Position numbers and translations under genes: made by a program. A DNA stretch of 64,000 nt, taken from Candidatus Saccharimonadota bacterium. GTDB taxonomy: Bacteria; Patescibacteriota; Saccharimonadia; Saccharimonadales; UBA10212. Under the pieces are notes generated by a model. It was not told the origin of the DNA. It was given only the letters and a program-made list of their open reading frames with translations, and did not search any database. Positions 28,191 to 39,625 of this stretch are shown here, one piece after another; position 1 is the first letter of the stretch; every line of letters starts with the position of its first letter. The DNA is taken from assembly GCA_013815775.1 (NCBI GenBank), contig JACDFN010000001.1, forward strand, positions 109,883-173,882. Reading direction: 5' to 3'.

Positions 28191-29468
28191 GTGAAGCGAA
28201 TTCTGCATTTCTTATCAGTTGGGCTCATTGTAGCCGTGCCCCTAATGTCTCGGCCTGTTTACGCAGCCTCAGCTACGCTTTCTTTATCCCCAGGATCAAG
28301 TAACGTAGCCCAGGGCGCTACACTAACTGTAACTATCAAGGTAAATGCCGACGAGCCAGTCAATGGCGTGCAGGCAAACTTGAGTTATCCAGCCAATTTG
28401 CTGGACTTTTTGAGTATTGGTTCATCTTCAGCTTTCTCGGTAGTAGCTCAAAACTCGGGCGGAGGTGGATCGGTACAGATAGGACGTGGAGCCCTTCCTC
28501 CGGTATCCGGTAGTCAGACGGTAGCAACTGTTAGGTTTAAAGCTAAAACTAACGCCGGAACAGCCACAATTAACTTTGTCGGCGGCTCTCAGGTAATTAG
28601 TGCGTCAAGTAACAAGGACATTATGACAGGCTCTGTCGGGGGTAATTACACATTAAAACCGCCCGCTGCGCCTACTCCGACAGCTCCTGCGGCACCCAAA
28701 GACACCATCCCGCCAACACTTAGCGGTGTCAACAGCGGCAACATTCTAGTTACTGGCTCTACTATAACCTGGACCACATCGGAGCCTTCGACTTCAGAAG
28801 TGTTTTACGGGTTTGATCAAAACTACGGGATAGTACAGGTAGACCCGGCGCTTGTTACAGAGCACAAGGTGGTCCTTAACTCGGCCCTAATAAGACCAGG
28901 CACAACATACCACTTCATGGTTAAAAGCGTAGATCCCTCAGGAAACGCTGCTTCTAGCCCTGACAACACCTTTACCACTAAAGGAGGAGCTCTGGCGATT
29001 ACAGTAGTTAACAAGAAGAATAAGCCCGTCTCAGGCGCCAAAGTTAACTTTAATGAGCGCAAGGGAACGACTAATAAAAAAGGCCAGGTACTCTTAAAAG
29101 ACTTTCCGCTTGGTAAAAACTTCGGAGCTATAGAATATAGAGGTAAAACCACACTCGTAAACGTAGTTGTAAGTTCTATCGACGAAACAAAGCCCCAGGC
29201 TGTCACTTTCAAGATAGATGCTCCTGTAAGTCCCATATGGATCTTACTGCTACCATTAATTGCCCTTGGAGCACTTGCAGTCTATTTGGCAAGGCGCGGT
29301 AAGGGTAGAGGCGGTGGTGGACCAGGCCTAGGGCGTTTCAGTAAGCGTTTTAGTGGGTCTGGATCTGGAAACAACCCCAATGTATCGTCAACTGGCAGTT
29401 CTAACGTTACATCACAACCTGACCCCCCAATCATTAGGCCCAGCGTGCCCCGTGGACCGGACCTGTAA
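28191..29468 (+). CDS. Surface protein: cohesin-like + FN3-like + Ig-like domains, C-terminal TM
   Basis: Signal peptide, VNGVQANLSYP, ITWTTSEPSTS...YHF.VKS.D.SGN, TM followed by a basic Gly-rich tail. Confidence 0.85.
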   Translation: MKRILHFLSVGLIVAVPLMSRPVYAASATLSLSPGSSNVAQGATLTVTIKVNADEPVNGVQANLSYPANLLDFLSIGSSSAFSVVAQNSGGGGSVQIGRGALPPVSGSQTVATVRFKAKTNAGTATINFVGGSQVISASSNKDIMTGSVGGNYTLKPPAAPTPTAPAAPKDTIPPTLSGVNSGNILVTGSTITWTTSEPSTSEVFYGFDQNYGIVQVDPALVTEHKVVLNSALIRPGTTYHFMVKSVDPSGNAASSPDNTFTTKGGALAITVVNKKNKPVSGAKVNFNERKGTTNKKGQVLLKDFPLGKNFGAIEYRGKTTLVNVVVSSIDETKPQAVTFKIDAPVSPIWILLLPLIALGALAVYLARRGKGRGGGGPGLGRFSKRFSGSGSGNNPNVSSTGSSNVTSQPDPPIIRPSVPRGPDL

Positions 29469-29493
29469 TAGCTTCGTAATAAATAAGCTAAAA

Positions 29494-30294
29494 GTGATCA
29501 CATTATCCAAAACTTTATTTGCCACACTAGTGGCATTAATCTCCTTTTCATTATTAGGCGGTAAGGCTTCTGCAGCTATGGCTAGCATGTATTTGTCTCC
29601 AGGCTCAGCAACTCTAAGCCAAGGCGAAACATTATCAATACAAGTTCGTGAGAATAGCGGCGAAGAACCAGTAAACGGAGTACAAGCCAATCTTTCCTAT
29701 CCGGCTAACTTATTAGATCTGATTACCATAGATACATCAGGGTCAAGTTTTGGCATAGAGGCTCAGAATCAAGGCGCTGACGGTGTTATAAAAATTGGCA
29801 GAGCAACTATTTCCCCGGTCAAAGGTGACCAGTCGGTTGCAACAATAACGTTTAAGGCTAAAACCAATGATGCCGTTGCTGCGGTTAGCTTTACTGAAGG
29901 TTCGCAAATAACGAGTTCTAATACCTTCACCAATATAATGACCTCCAGTAATGGTGGAAACTATACGCTCAAAGCAGCCCCCCCGACCCCCAAGCCAGTA
30001 GAGCCGCCTCCGAAGCCGATAATCGCACCTGTCGTACCCGCTACACCCCCTGTTGAGCCTAAGGCTACAAGCTCCGTTGCTTCCGCTAATAAAAAAGTGT
30101 CTATATCTATAACTACCCCGAATACCCGAAGGGAAAAGACGCAGTCCTCTGTTGGTTTTTGGGTTCCCCTCATAGTCCTTGTGACTACTCTGGCGGTGTC
30201 CACATTGGTTACCAAGGGTTACAACACACGAGGCATTCGCCGGCATTTTCTTTTTCTTTTTCCTCATAAATTCAAAAAATATCACCATATATAA
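29494..30294 (+). CDS. Cohesin-like domain surface protein (paralog of the upstream gene)
   Basis: Identical EPVNGVQANLSYPANLLD, Pro-rich linker, C-terminal TM. Start uncertain. Confidence 0.8.
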   Translation: MITLSKTLFATLVALISFSLLGGKASAAMASMYLSPGSATLSQGETLSIQVRENSGEEPVNGVQANLSYPANLLDLITIDTSGSSFGIEAQNQGADGVIKIGRATISPVKGDQSVATITFKAKTNDAVAAVSFTEGSQITSSNTFTNIMTSSNGGNYTLKAAPPTPKPVEPPPKPIIAPVVPATPPVEPKATSSVASANKKVSISITTPNTRREKTQSSVGFWVPLIVLVTTLAVSTLVTKGYNTRGIRRHFLFLFPHKFKKYHHI

Positions 30295-30345
30295 GTGGAA
30301 TAATCTGCTTTAGCTTACTAAAGAGCGGACTGATAAAATTTAGTT

Positions 30346-31245
30346 ATGGATCTTACAATAAACAAAGGGCTGTATGTTGTTGCAGTTTCAGGAGGCGTGG
30401 ATTCGATGGTACTTTTGGATATACTGCGCAAAAAACCTGGCTTAGAGCTAGTAATCGCTCATTTTAATCACGGGATACGCGGTGACGCTATCAAAGACGA
30501 AACCTTAGTGGTCAAAACTGCAACTAAGTATAGTCTAAAGCATGAAATAGGCCATGGCATGTTAGGAAGTGGAACAAGCGAAGCCAAAGCGCGCCACGCC
30601 AGGTATGACTTCCTGATATCAACACGTAAAAAATACAATGCCAAAGTCATTATTACCGCTCATCATCAGGATGATTTAATTGAGACCGCACTAATCAGTG
30701 TTTTTAGGGGCACTGGCAGAAGTGGCCTGGTATCTATGATTCATAACAAAGAAGTCCTTCGGCCATTAATCAATATTCCCAAGAGAAGCCTCATTAAGTA
30801 TGCCGAAAACAACAATATCGTCTGGTCAGAGGATTCAACTAACGACGATGATATTTACTTAAGAAACTATATTAGACGTCACATACTTAATAATGCAATA
30901 GACTCGGATAAAGTTAAATTACTTCGTGAGATAGATAAAGTCGCAATAATCGGAAATAAAATCGATAATATAATTGCGACAATATCACAGAATGTAATTA
31001 AAGAAGGCTTAGTAAGTAGAGATACATTTATTAAACTACCTTCAGAAATTGCGGATGAGCTAATGATTTACTGGCTTAAAAAACTTGGTCTTAATAGCTT
31101 CAACCGTAAAACAGTGGCTAGACTATCAAATGCTATAAAAACTGGTCTTCACGGTACAAAACATGAAGTATTTCAGGGATATAAACTTGAAATAGGGCAA
31201 TTTACTGCGCAGTTCAGTAACGGAGTATCTAGCCGCCTGCTATAA
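30346..31245 (+). CDS. tilS: tRNA(Ile)-lysidine synthetase
   Basis: VAVSGGVDS, AHFNHG.R, TAHH.DD..ET, RPL, RN.IR. Confidence 0.96.
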   Translation: MDLTINKGLYVVAVSGGVDSMVLLDILRKKPGLELVIAHFNHGIRGDAIKDETLVVKTATKYSLKHEIGHGMLGSGTSEAKARHARYDFLISTRKKYNAKVIITAHHQDDLIETALISVFRGTGRSGLVSMIHNKEVLRPLINIPKRSLIKYAENNNIVWSEDSTNDDDIYLRNYIRRHILNNAIDSDKVKLLREIDKVAIIGNKIDNIIATISQNVIKEGLVSRDTFIKLPSEIADELMIYWLKKLGLNSFNRKTVARLSNAIKTGLHGTKHEVFQGYKLEIGQFTAQFSNGVSSRLL

Positions 31246-31255
31246 TGTTTTTTGT

Positions 31256-33133
31256 ATGGAGAAGAAACAGTTTCGATTAGGTGGCGGATCGGGGGGCCCA
31301 GAAGGCCGCCGCAACCGTTTTAAAAATGCTGGTTTTATAGCTTTACTAGTATTGTTCGGATTGATTTCATTTGCCGCTTTTAATCAGCCAAGCCAACTCA
31401 AGGAAGTGCCTTTTTCGCAAGTTATCAGTGACGCCAATGAAGGTAAAACTAAGCAGATAACAGTTAAGGGCGGTACTGAGCTTGAAGTTACTCCTAAAGG
31501 CGAGAACAAGGCTACTCAGCAGTCCTATAAGGAGCTAAGCTCTAGTATTTATGAGCAGGGGCTAAAGCAAGGCAAAACAACTGTAGTAAACAAACCCTCT
31601 AGCAACAGCAATAACTTATGGTTAGGGCTTCTTACCGGAGTTTTACCAGTGCTAATTATTGCTTTTATATTGATAATTATGTTTAGAAGCGCACAAGGGC
31701 AAGGTAACCAAGCTCTTAGTTTCGGAAAAAGTAAAGCTCGGCTTTATGGTAATGAGAAGGATAGCATTAACTTCAAAGATGTGGCCGGAAACGATGAGGC
31801 GAAGATTGATCTGCAAGAGGTTGTAGAATTTCTAAAGTTTCCTAAGAAATTTGAAGGAATCGGGGCTAAAATTCCCAAAGGAGTTCTCCTTATTGGCCCG
31901 CCGGGGACAGGTAAAACACTCCTTGCCCGAGCCGTTGCCGGAGAGGCAAATGCCCCATTCTTCAGCATAAGTGGTTCGGAATTTGTTGAAATGTTTGTTG
32001 GCGTTGGAGCCAGCAGGGTACGAGATTTATTTAATAAAGCAAAAAAGAACGCACCCTGCATAATCTTCATCGATGAAATAGACGCAGTGGGACGACGTCG
32101 AGGCAGCGGAATGGGCGGCGGCCATGACGAGCGTGAGCAAACATTGAACCAAATTTTAGTAGAAATGGACGGCTTTGAGCAGGGTGTAAATGTCATAGTG
32201 CTGGCCGCAACTAATCGTTCTGATGTATTAGATCCGGCACTTCTTCGTCCGGGACGGTTTGATCGCAGGGTGACTATTGATTTACCGGATCGCAAAGACC
32301 GAAAAGCAATCTTAAAAGTTCATTTTGCTGAAAAGCCGGTTAGCAAAGATGTTGACCTAGATTCGCTGGCTGCAAAAAGTGCAGGCAGCAGCGGAGCCGA
32401 TCTTGCCAATATTGCTAACGAAGCCGCTATCGTAGCTGCGCGCAATAACCGAAAAGTTATTGAGAACGAAGACGTAGTTGCGGCATTTGAGAAAGTAGCC
32501 ATCGGACCGGAACGAAAGAGTAAAATTATGAGTGATAAGGAAAAAGAGCTTACCGCTTACCATGAGGCCGGCCACGCCTTAGTCGGGCATGTATTACCGG
32601 ACAGTGACATGGTACACAAGGTTACTATTATTCCTCGTGGATCAACTGGTGGTGTGACATGGTTTATACCTCCTGAAGACAAGAGCTACCACAGTATAAT
32701 CGAATATAAGGATGTACTTGCTCGTATGTTAGGGGGTAGGGTAGCAGAAGAGCTGGTTTATGGACCAGACAGAGTAACCACCGGTGCTGGGTCTGACCTA
32801 CAAAAAGCTGCTGAGTTGGCCCGTGAAATGGTTATTAATCAGGGCATGGGAGACAAGTTACGTAATCAAGTGTTCCACACCGAAGATGGAATGATGATGG
32901 ACAGGCTAATGCACGAACGTCAATATTCAGACGATACAGCCAAAGTCATTGATAATGAGGTTGAAAACCTAATAACAGAGGCTGCTGTGCGAGCCAGGGT
33001 AGTTATCAAGGCCAATATGGAAAAATTAGAAGGGCTGAAAAAGATTTTGCTGGAAAAAGAGTCGGTAGAAGCCGAACAAGTGATCAAGATTCTTCATGGC
33101 TCGCATATGCCCAAAGCGGCAGCTTTATACTAA
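31256..33133 (+). CDS. ftsH: ATP-dependent zinc metalloprotease FtsH
   Basis: Two TMs, [20 protein letters not shown]. Confidence 0.98.
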   Translation: MEKKQFRLGGGSGGPEGRRNRFKNAGFIALLVLFGLISFAAFNQPSQLKEVPFSQVISDANEGKTKQITVKGGTELEVTPKGENKATQQSYKELSSSIYEQGLKQGKTTVVNKPSSNSNNLWLGLLTGVLPVLIIAFILIIMFRSAQGQGNQALSFGKSKARLYGNEKDSINFKDVAGNDEAKIDLQEVVEFLKFPKKFEGIGAKIPKGVLLIGPPGTGKTLLARAVAGEANAPFFSISGSEFVEMFVGVGASRVRDLFNKAKKNAPCIIFIDEIDAVGRRRGSGMGGGHDEREQTLNQILVEMDGFEQGVNVIVLAATNRSDVLDPALLRPGRFDRRVTIDLPDRKDRKAILKVHFAEKPVSKDVDLDSLAAKSAGSSGADLANIANEAAIVAARNNRKVIENEDVVAAFEKVAIGPERKSKIMSDKEKELTAYHEAGHALVGHVLPDSDMVHKVTIIPRGSTGGVTWFIPPEDKSYHSIIEYKDVLARMLGGRVAEELVYGPDRVTTGAGSDLQKAAELAREMVINQGMGDKLRNQVFHTEDGMMMDRLMHERQYSDDTAKVIDNEVENLITEAAVRARVVIKANMEKLEGLKKILLEKESVEAEQVIKILHGSHMPKAAALY

Positions 33134-33162
33134 GAATTATTTCTGAATGCTAGAATACTCTT

Positions 33163-34191
33163 ATGGCGATTGAGAGGATTGTAAATACGTCCGGGAAGGA
33201 TGACCCGGTCGAAGAAGAGTTACAGCAAACTTTGCGACCGCGCGATTTCAAGAGCTATATTGGGCAGGAAAGACTTAAAAGCAATCTAAGACTAACTATC
33301 GGAGCCGCTCAAAAACGCGGTGAGCCCATTGACCATATTTTACTTCACGGTCCGCCGGGGTTAGGTAAGACCACTATGGCTAGCGTTATTGCCAACGAAA
33401 TGGGAGCACAGATGCGGATTACCTCGGGACCGGCGATTGAGCGGGCCGGAGACTTAGCTAGTTTACTCACTAATCTAGCCGACGGGGATATTTTATTTAT
33501 TGATGAGATACATCGCTTGCACCGGGTAGTAGAGGAAGTTCTTTATTCAGCCATGGAAGATTTTAAGCTGGATATTATGCTCGGGAAAGGACCCAGTGCT
33601 CGTTCTTTACGGTTAGATTTGCCGAAGTTTACAATAATTGGAGCGACCACTAGGACTGGGGCTCTGGCTGCTCCCCTCCGGGATCGCTTCGGCATGATTC
33701 ATAGACTGGAGTTTTATACGCCCGAAGAGGTAGCGAAAATTATCCGGCGCTCAGCTACTATTTTGAAAGTACCAATAGATACAGAGGCTGCGACTCTTCT
33801 GGCGGGGAGAGCTCGTCTTACACCGAGAATTGCAAACCGGCTCTTAAAGCGGGTGAGGGATTACGCAGATATGAACGGTGACGGGACCATCGATAGCAAG
33901 TTGGCGATAACGGCTCTAGGGCTGCTTGAAATTGATGAGTTGGGGTTAGACCCGGCCGACCGACATCTCTTGAGAGCAATTATCGAGCACCATGATGGAG
34001 GACCTGTTGGGGTTGAAACACTTGCCGCACTTACCGCCGAAGAACGCTCAACAATCGAAGATTTTTATGAACCGTACTTAATGCAAATAGGACTACTAGA
34101 ACGAACCCCCCGGGGTCGTAAAGTTACACCGCGGGCTTGGAAACACCTTGGAAAAACACCTTCGGCCAAGGCTCAAGCTAGCTTGCTATAA
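33163..34191 (+). CDS. ruvB: Holliday junction helicase RuvB
   Basis: [38 protein letters not shown]. Confidence 0.98.
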   Translation: MAIERIVNTSGKDDPVEEELQQTLRPRDFKSYIGQERLKSNLRLTIGAAQKRGEPIDHILLHGPPGLGKTTMASVIANEMGAQMRITSGPAIERAGDLASLLTNLADGDILFIDEIHRLHRVVEEVLYSAMEDFKLDIMLGKGPSARSLRLDLPKFTIIGATTRTGALAAPLRDRFGMIHRLEFYTPEEVAKIIRRSATILKVPIDTEAATLLAGRARLTPRIANRLLKRVRDYADMNGDGTIDSKLAITALGLLEIDELGLDPADRHLLRAIIEHHDGGPVGVETLAALTAEERSTIEDFYEPYLMQIGLLERTPRGRKVTPRAWKHLGKTPSAKAQASLL

Positions 34192-34198
34192 TCAAATT

Positions 34199-34789
34199 AT
34201 GCAGCCCAACGCCAATCAACCCCCCGCCACGCCACCTCCCGTCGCTTCACCTCCCTTGCCCAGTTCAACAATGCTGCAGTCTGGCGAGAGCGTGCTCACT
34301 GTAATAAAGCGCCACCCTATCGGTCTAGTATTAATTTATCTACAGGCTATTGCGGCCGTGGCAGCTATGATCTTTATACTTGCAATTTTGACTCCTGGCT
34401 TCTTCGGGGGTTTATCTGGTCAGACATATAGCATAGTGACAATCGTTTCTTTCTTGCTTCTTGTCCTTCTTGTTTTTGTTCTTATATTGGTCACCTCTAT
34501 TTACTGGCAAAATAAGCTAATACTTACCGATAGAGCGGTTATACAGATACTACAAACCGGTCCTTTCCAGCAAAAGGTATCCAGGCTATCGTTTGCTGAT
34601 ATTGAAGATGTAACTAGTGAACAAAAGGGCTTGATTCCGACTATTTTTAACTACGGCATATTACACATTGAAACATCGGGTGAATTAAAGAACTTTGCCT
34701 TTCGCTATACTCCTGACTCGAATAAATATGCCTCAGCGGTCATTAATGCCCGACATCAGTTTACCGCGGCTGAAAAGTCCAGTAATTAG
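34199..34789 (+). CDS. Bacterial PH-domain membrane protein
   Basis: Two TMs then LTD.., IEDVT...G...TIFNYG...IETSGE. Confidence 0.85.
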   Translation: MQPNANQPPATPPPVASPPLPSSTMLQSGESVLTVIKRHPIGLVLIYLQAIAAVAAMIFILAILTPGFFGGLSGQTYSIVTIVSFLLLVLLVFVLILVTSIYWQNKLILTDRAVIQILQTGPFQQKVSRLSFADIEDVTSEQKGLIPTIFNYGILHIETSGELKNFAFRYTPDSNKYASAVINARHQFTAAEKSSN

Positions 34790-34813
34790 AAAACTTAAAC
34801 TTTTATCATTAAG

Positions 34814-35113
34814 TTATTCTTGGAAGGGATTATTGCGGGCTTCATTAAATAGACTTCGAACTTCGCTATTGTTTTCCTCTAACTTCAATATCTGCTCAAC
34901 AGCTTTTTTATTTACCCGAGGGATGTTATTTGTAGTTGATGTTTCAGATTCGGCAGAAGGTTCTGCTGTGGCCAGAGAACTTATTCGCCAAACCACGAGA
35001 AGGTAAGTTAGTAGGATTACAATTATTACTATAAAAGTCGCATGAGTAGAAGCCAGCCGAGTGTATCTATTTAGTTTAGTGCTGAGTGATTTAATATTTA
35101 TGCTAGTTTTCAT
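34814..35113 (-). CDS. Small type IV pilus-associated membrane protein
   Basis: Last gene of the pilMNO operon; TM and C-terminal RNNPF. Confidence 0.7.
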   Translation of the reverse strand: MKTSINIKSLSTKLNRYTRLASTHATFIVIIVILLTYLLVVWRISSLATAEPSAESETSTTNNIPRVNKKAVEQILKLEENNSEVRSLFNEARNNPFQE

Positions 35114-35772
35114 GGCTTTATAAAAATATTAAGGTCGAGACTGAAGTTTATAACTTTAGTGGTCTCGGATGTTTTTGGCTGGATACCTACGGTTGTTATT
35201 TGGGCAGTACGGCGATTACGCTCTATACGCTGAAGGAAATCCAACATTTTAGCATAGGTTACTTGCTTGTTTGGCGGTAAGCCCAAACTAATATCCGGCG
35301 TTATAGTTACCTTTAGACTATACAGTCCTTTAATTCCTGCCACTGGCTTGGCCTGGCTTATCGCAGCAGAGGTACTGCTTGTTATGGGAGGAGTGCTGGG
35401 TGCTGCCCCTGCTACGGGGGCGGAACCTGATGATCCCCCTAATGTACTCGCTGGGAAAATAATGCTTTGTAAGGATATACCCGATTCATTAGCCATTCTT
35501 ACAATATCAAGCACTGCTTGTGCTTGGTCCTTGTCGTTTGGTATTACTGACTTAGCTACGTCTTTAAAATAACTATATTGTTCGGCTTCTTTCTTGGCTA
35601 GGGACAAGCTTTCCAGTTGAGCGTCTAGAGATTTACTTTCACTTCTCAAGTCAACCATGTTCTGGCTCTTCTTGCTCAGCAGCGACATGCCTACTATATA
35701 GGTACCGAGAAAACCGAGGGATAGAACTGCAATACTGATTAGCAGAATTAAGCGTAGGCGTTTGCTGCTCAT
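35110..35772 (-). CDS. PilO-like protein
   Basis: TM, coiled coil, FL..IERNRR; follows pilN. Confidence 0.7.
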   Translation of the reverse strand: MSSKRLRLILLISIAVLSLGFLGTYIVGMSLLSKKSQNMVDLRSESKSLDAQLESLSLAKKEAEQYSYFKDVAKSVIPNDKDQAQAVLDIVRMANESGISLQSIIFPASTLGGSSGSAPVAGAAPSTPPITSSTSAAISQAKPVAGIKGLYSLKVTITPDISLGLPPNKQVTYAKMLDFLQRIERNRRTAQITTVGIQPKTSETTKVINFSLDLNIFIKP

Positions 35773-36368
35773 GGAGTTTTCTCCTTAGCTACGCTTAAGT
35801 AGCGGCCTTGGGCGCTCTTGCTGAAGAGGGCTTTGAAGGTAGCTGCGCATTTATATTCTCCGATATCTCTCCCCGAACTACAGTTGATATTAACGATATC
35901 TACCTTATCAAACAGTGCGTTTTTGGGATCGTTTAAATTTACTGCAATCTGAGCGGCTGACTGGTAATCTCTTGAGCTTGCACTAAGATCTATTGCACCT
36001 GCAACTTTACTAAGGGTTAATGATGCAAGCACAGTCCCGCCAGGCATGACCTTACCAATATCTTGGATTAAGGCGGAGAATCGTATCTCTTGGCTCAATA
36101 CTTGGTTTATTGTTTTAATACTATCGTTCAGTTCGGTAGCATCTTTTTTAACTTTATCTAAGTCTTGCACATCAAGTTGTTGCTTAGCGGAGACTGTTTT
36201 ACGCTCCAAGTCACTGGATTGCTGGTCTATATAAAGCCAGCCGAGCACCATGACAACCATAAGTCCGGCAATAGCCAGCAATAACGCTATTAGCCAACGG
36301 CGCAGCCCAGTGTTTATTCGGCCGTACTTGATGTTATCGGCGTGTGCCGGGGGTAGGAGATTGATCAT
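35769..36368 (-). CDS. pilN: PilN-like protein
   Basis: MINLLP motif, TM, coiled coil. Confidence 0.85.
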   Translation of the reverse strand: MINLLPPAHADNIKYGRINTGLRRWLIALLLAIAGLMVVMVLGWLYIDQQSSDLERKTVSAKQQLDVQDLDKVKKDATELNDSIKTINQVLSQEIRFSALIQDIGKVMPGGTVLASLTLSKVAGAIDLSASSRDYQSAAQIAVNLNDPKNALFDKVDIVNINCSSGRDIGEYKCAATFKALFSKSAQGRYLSVAKEKTP

Positions 36369-37435
36369 GTGAAAATCTCCTTAGGATTCAATAGAGCTTC
36401 GCCTGCCACAGTGATATACATAGATCGCTCTATATCGTCAGGTAGAGCCAGGTTACCAAAATCTATTTTATGCCAAGGCTCTAGCATTTTAGCGGGCATT
36501 TGAAGTTGCGTAGACAAATAGGCACTAAGGCCGGGCATATTGGCCCCGCCCCCCATGGTTACTATCTGGCCAATCTTCTTTTGGTTCTGCACTTTTCTTT
36601 CATCATAATAGCGTATGATTTTTTGAATCTCTTTAACTAGGTTATTGAGTATTGGTTCAATAGCTGTTTGAATTTCACCACGTTTTTCGCTTACCCCGAT
36701 GCCGTAATTATTCTTCAGGGCGTAGGCTTCCTCTTGGTTTACGCCCAATCTCTGCGAGATCATTAGGGTAATATCATTCCCGCCACCTACAATCGTGCTA
36801 TTAACGAACATTGTCTTATCGAATAGCGCTAAATCTACCGAAACTGACCCAAAATCTATTAATATCGACGGTTCATCGTGTGAAGTGTCGGCAACGGCGA
36901 ATACTCGCGCCGAGGCATTCATTGTGGGCTCAAAGGCAACTACCTCCAAGCCTGCGGACTCTAGCAGACTCACGTGAGAATCTATAATGCTTTTAGGAGT
37001 GGCTACAACTAGAAGTTCAGTGCCCTCGCTGTCTTTCCGGGAAACGTCATAATCGATATAAAGACTCGCAGAAGAGATGGGGATGTACTGTTCCGCTTCC
37101 AGATGAACTGCCTCAGTTATATCTTCATCGCTCATGGGGGGTAATCTCATTGGTCGACTATAAGTCCGTGATGTCGGGATAGTACAGGCAACTCTTCTGG
37201 TGCTTATTGACCCAACAAGGTGACTGGTAAATAAATTATGCAAGGATTTAGCCACCGCAGATGGATTAATTACAGAGCCGTCTTTAACAGCATCTGGCGG
37301 GTAATCAATAATTCCATAGCCTAAAACCTTTGGTGCTTTGCCTGCTTCACTTGCCAGCTGCATCACCTTGATCGTAGAGTGACCAAAGTCAAGTCCAAAC
37401 AAAGGTTGGTCGTGGTAAAAATTTAGAGACCGCAT
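36365..37435 (-). CDS. pilM: Type IV pilus assembly protein PilM
   Basis: FGLDFG...IK, EAEQYIP, IDFG, GGGA. Confidence 0.93.
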   Translation of the reverse strand: MRSLNFYHDQPLFGLDFGHSTIKVMQLASEAGKAPKVLGYGIIDYPPDAVKDGSVINPSAVAKSLHNLFTSHLVGSISTRRVACTIPTSRTYSRPMRLPPMSDEDITEAVHLEAEQYIPISSASLYIDYDVSRKDSEGTELLVVATPKSIIDSHVSLLESAGLEVVAFEPTMNASARVFAVADTSHDEPSILIDFGSVSVDLALFDKTMFVNSTIVGGGNDITLMISQRLGVNQEEAYALKNNYGIGVSEKRGEIQTAIEPILNNLVKEIQKIIRYYDERKVQNQKKIGQIVTMGGGANMPGLSAYLSTQLQMPAKMLEPWHKIDFGNLALPDDIERSMYITVAGEALLNPKEIFT

Positions 37436-37523
37436 GTTGATATTGGTTATCCTTAATTAAAAGTATATCACTTAAAGGGTTAAAAGCCAGACTGTTACTT
37501 GTGTACGATTTAAGGCTTAACTA

Positions 37524-38954
37524 TTAATTGTAAACTCTCATATAGCCACGCTTAACCCACGTAGTTTTTAGGTTACTGCTGCCAGGCACTGATGAAGTAA
37601 AGTTAATCACCGCATTGTTGCCAAGCTCGATGGACTGCCCCGCAACGGCCCCTATGGCACCATTGTTAGACACTCTGACTCTTGACCACCGGGCATATAA
37701 GATGCTGCCGGGGGCGCTGCCGTTATTTTCAAGGTTAATTCGCACCTGGTCCTGGCTATTCTTTAAATCCGTTCCAACAAGACTGGTGCAGTCTGGTGAG
37801 CATGAGCTATTGCTCCAGTAGGCTATGAAATACACGCCTGTACCGGAGGAGTTTGCTTGCGTTGTGCCATTATTGCCAATCACGAGACCTTCCGAACCGT
37901 CCACCATTATCACTGGTGTAGTTGTACCGGCCGAGCTCGGTACGATCATTTTGGAATTGTTGCCAAACGTCAGATTACCGGTAATCCAGACATTCCCGGA
38001 AAGATTGATTGTGCAATTATTACCCATGGTAATATTGCCGGTGATTTTAAGATTTGCTGGCCAGGTTTTAGTTTGGTTATTACCACAAGCAACTGTTGAA
38101 TCGGTGGGAGCTATCGTAGTGACCACGGCGGCTTTTTGGGCATCACGATCATAGTCTGGTAGGGTAGTAGGAGGTACTGTTTGATTGGGAATGAGGCCAG
38201 GGTTAAACATTCGTGAGCCATTTGTTTGGTTAGTCGCTTGTACGTTGGCGTAAATATACCCAGTAGTCCCCACAGTGATTGGTTCGCCGTTTTCACCGTT
38301 TGCGCAGACTCTTGGATAGGTGGCATCTGCCGGACTGGGACAATTGGTATGAGCAACTCTGATGTTGACCGCATTGGCTTCTGGTGTGGATGAAAGGCCG
38401 ATTTGGGCGTTATTATTTACTGTAATAGTGCCGTTGACCACTACATCTCCCCCTGTAATTTTAGAATTGCTATTTAGTAATAGGCCACCTACACCGGTTA
38501 CTACTGATGTAATGCCGACACCAGAAGTTACGGCTTTAATATCTAAGTCGTATTTGCGAGTGGCGGTTGGCGTGGCATTCGTTGAGGGAAAGTAGGTCCG
38601 GGCCGTGACAGTCAGAGTTTTCTTAGTTGAATCAGAGCCATCCGTTACTACTACCTGGTAGGTGGTCTTAATTTTTTGAGCGACGTCGTCCATCAGTGTA
38701 ATTTCTCCACCAGTGCCAGTCCAGTCGGGCACCGTATTCATTTGATTCATACCATAATCTAGGCCAGCATCGGCAGCCAGCTGGGCATTTACGCGGTGGT
38801 TTCCTTTTACGGATACGTTTTTATTGGTAACAGTGGCGCTGGAGATGGCTATTATCATAAGTACAATCATAACTCCAGTAATTAGCAGTACTGGGAGTAT
38901 AAAGCCTTTCTCTTCCTTGATTTTATTCTCTTTGATTTGAAGATTAATTATCAT
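37524..38954 (-). CDS. PilX-like minor pilin with a large beta-rich C-terminal domain
   Basis: KG|FILPVLL (no E5), AQLAADAG. Confidence 0.8.
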   Translation of the reverse strand: MIINLQIKENKIKEEKGFILPVLLITGVMIVLMIIAISSATVTNKNVSVKGNHRVNAQLAADAGLDYGMNQMNTVPDWTGTGGEITLMDDVAQKIKTTYQVVVTDGSDSTKKTLTVTARTYFPSTNATPTATRKYDLDIKAVTSGVGITSVVTGVGGLLLNSNSKITGGDVVVNGTITVNNNAQIGLSSTPEANAVNIRVAHTNCPSPADATYPRVCANGENGEPITVGTTGYIYANVQATNQTNGSRMFNPGLIPNQTVPPTTLPDYDRDAQKAAVVTTIAPTDSTVACGNNQTKTWPANLKITGNITMGNNCTINLSGNVWITGNLTFGNNSKMIVPSSAGTTTPVIMVDGSEGLVIGNNGTTQANSSGTGVYFIAYWSNSSCSPDCTSLVGTDLKNSQDQVRINLENNGSAPGSILYARWSRVRVSNNGAIGAVAGQSIELGNNAVINFTSSVPGSSNLKTTWVKRGYMRVYN

Positions 38955-38962
38955 AAGGCGCC

Positions 38963-39625
38963 CTATTGGTTACGTAGTGTTATTCGAGTTGCATTACTTA
39001 AGGTCACATTTTTACCAAAGGCTTTTTTAGCCATATCAATATTTAAAGTAACAGAACGAGCCTGACTTGCATCTGCTGTAGTCACGTTTGAGCTGTCGTA
39101 GAAGGTAAAACTTACATTGCTGACCAGGTTACTCAAAAGCCTATCCGGAGGGCAGGAGGGGGTTGCTAAGGCTGTAGGACAGGTTGTAACCGCCGTGTTG
39201 CCTGTAGCTGCTGTGTTGGCTAGCACACGTTTGTACATATTATTTCCAGAGGTGAAATATATGTATTCATTTCTATATGGAAAACCGGTATCTGGGTCAA
39301 ATATTATATCTCTAGCGGATGTAACTGCCGGACTTTCGATTATTAGAATGTTACTTGGATCGTTTGTGGCCCATCCTCCGCCCGGTTGGTTGGCGTCGGC
39401 TAAAAGGTTTGTACTTGCGATGGCATCCGCCAGGCGAATATCGTCAGTCATTTGCGCCAAAATGCTTTGCGACCCCAAAGCCATTTCGGTCGATACTTCT
39501 GATTGAATTACGTTGGCATAATAATAAAAAGTAACAATAAAAAGTATTGCAGCCAAAAAGCCTGCAATGGTTACTGAAATAGTTAGTTCAGTGATCGTAA
39601 AGCCACCTTCTTCGCGCTTGGTCAT
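38963..39625 (-). CDS. PilW-like minor pilin
   Basis: G|FTITEL, DIR.A, ITLRN. Confidence 0.85.
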   Translation of the reverse strand: MTKREEGGFTITELTISVTIAGFLAAILFIVTFYYYANVIQSEVSTEMALGSQSILAQMTDDIRLADAIASTNLLADANQPGGGWATNDPSNILIIESPAVTSARDIIFDPDTGFPYRNEYIYFTSGNNMYKRVLANTAATGNTAVTTCPTALATPSCPPDRLLSNLVSNVSFTFYDSSNVTTADASQARSVTLNIDMAKKAFGKNVTLSNATRITLRNQ

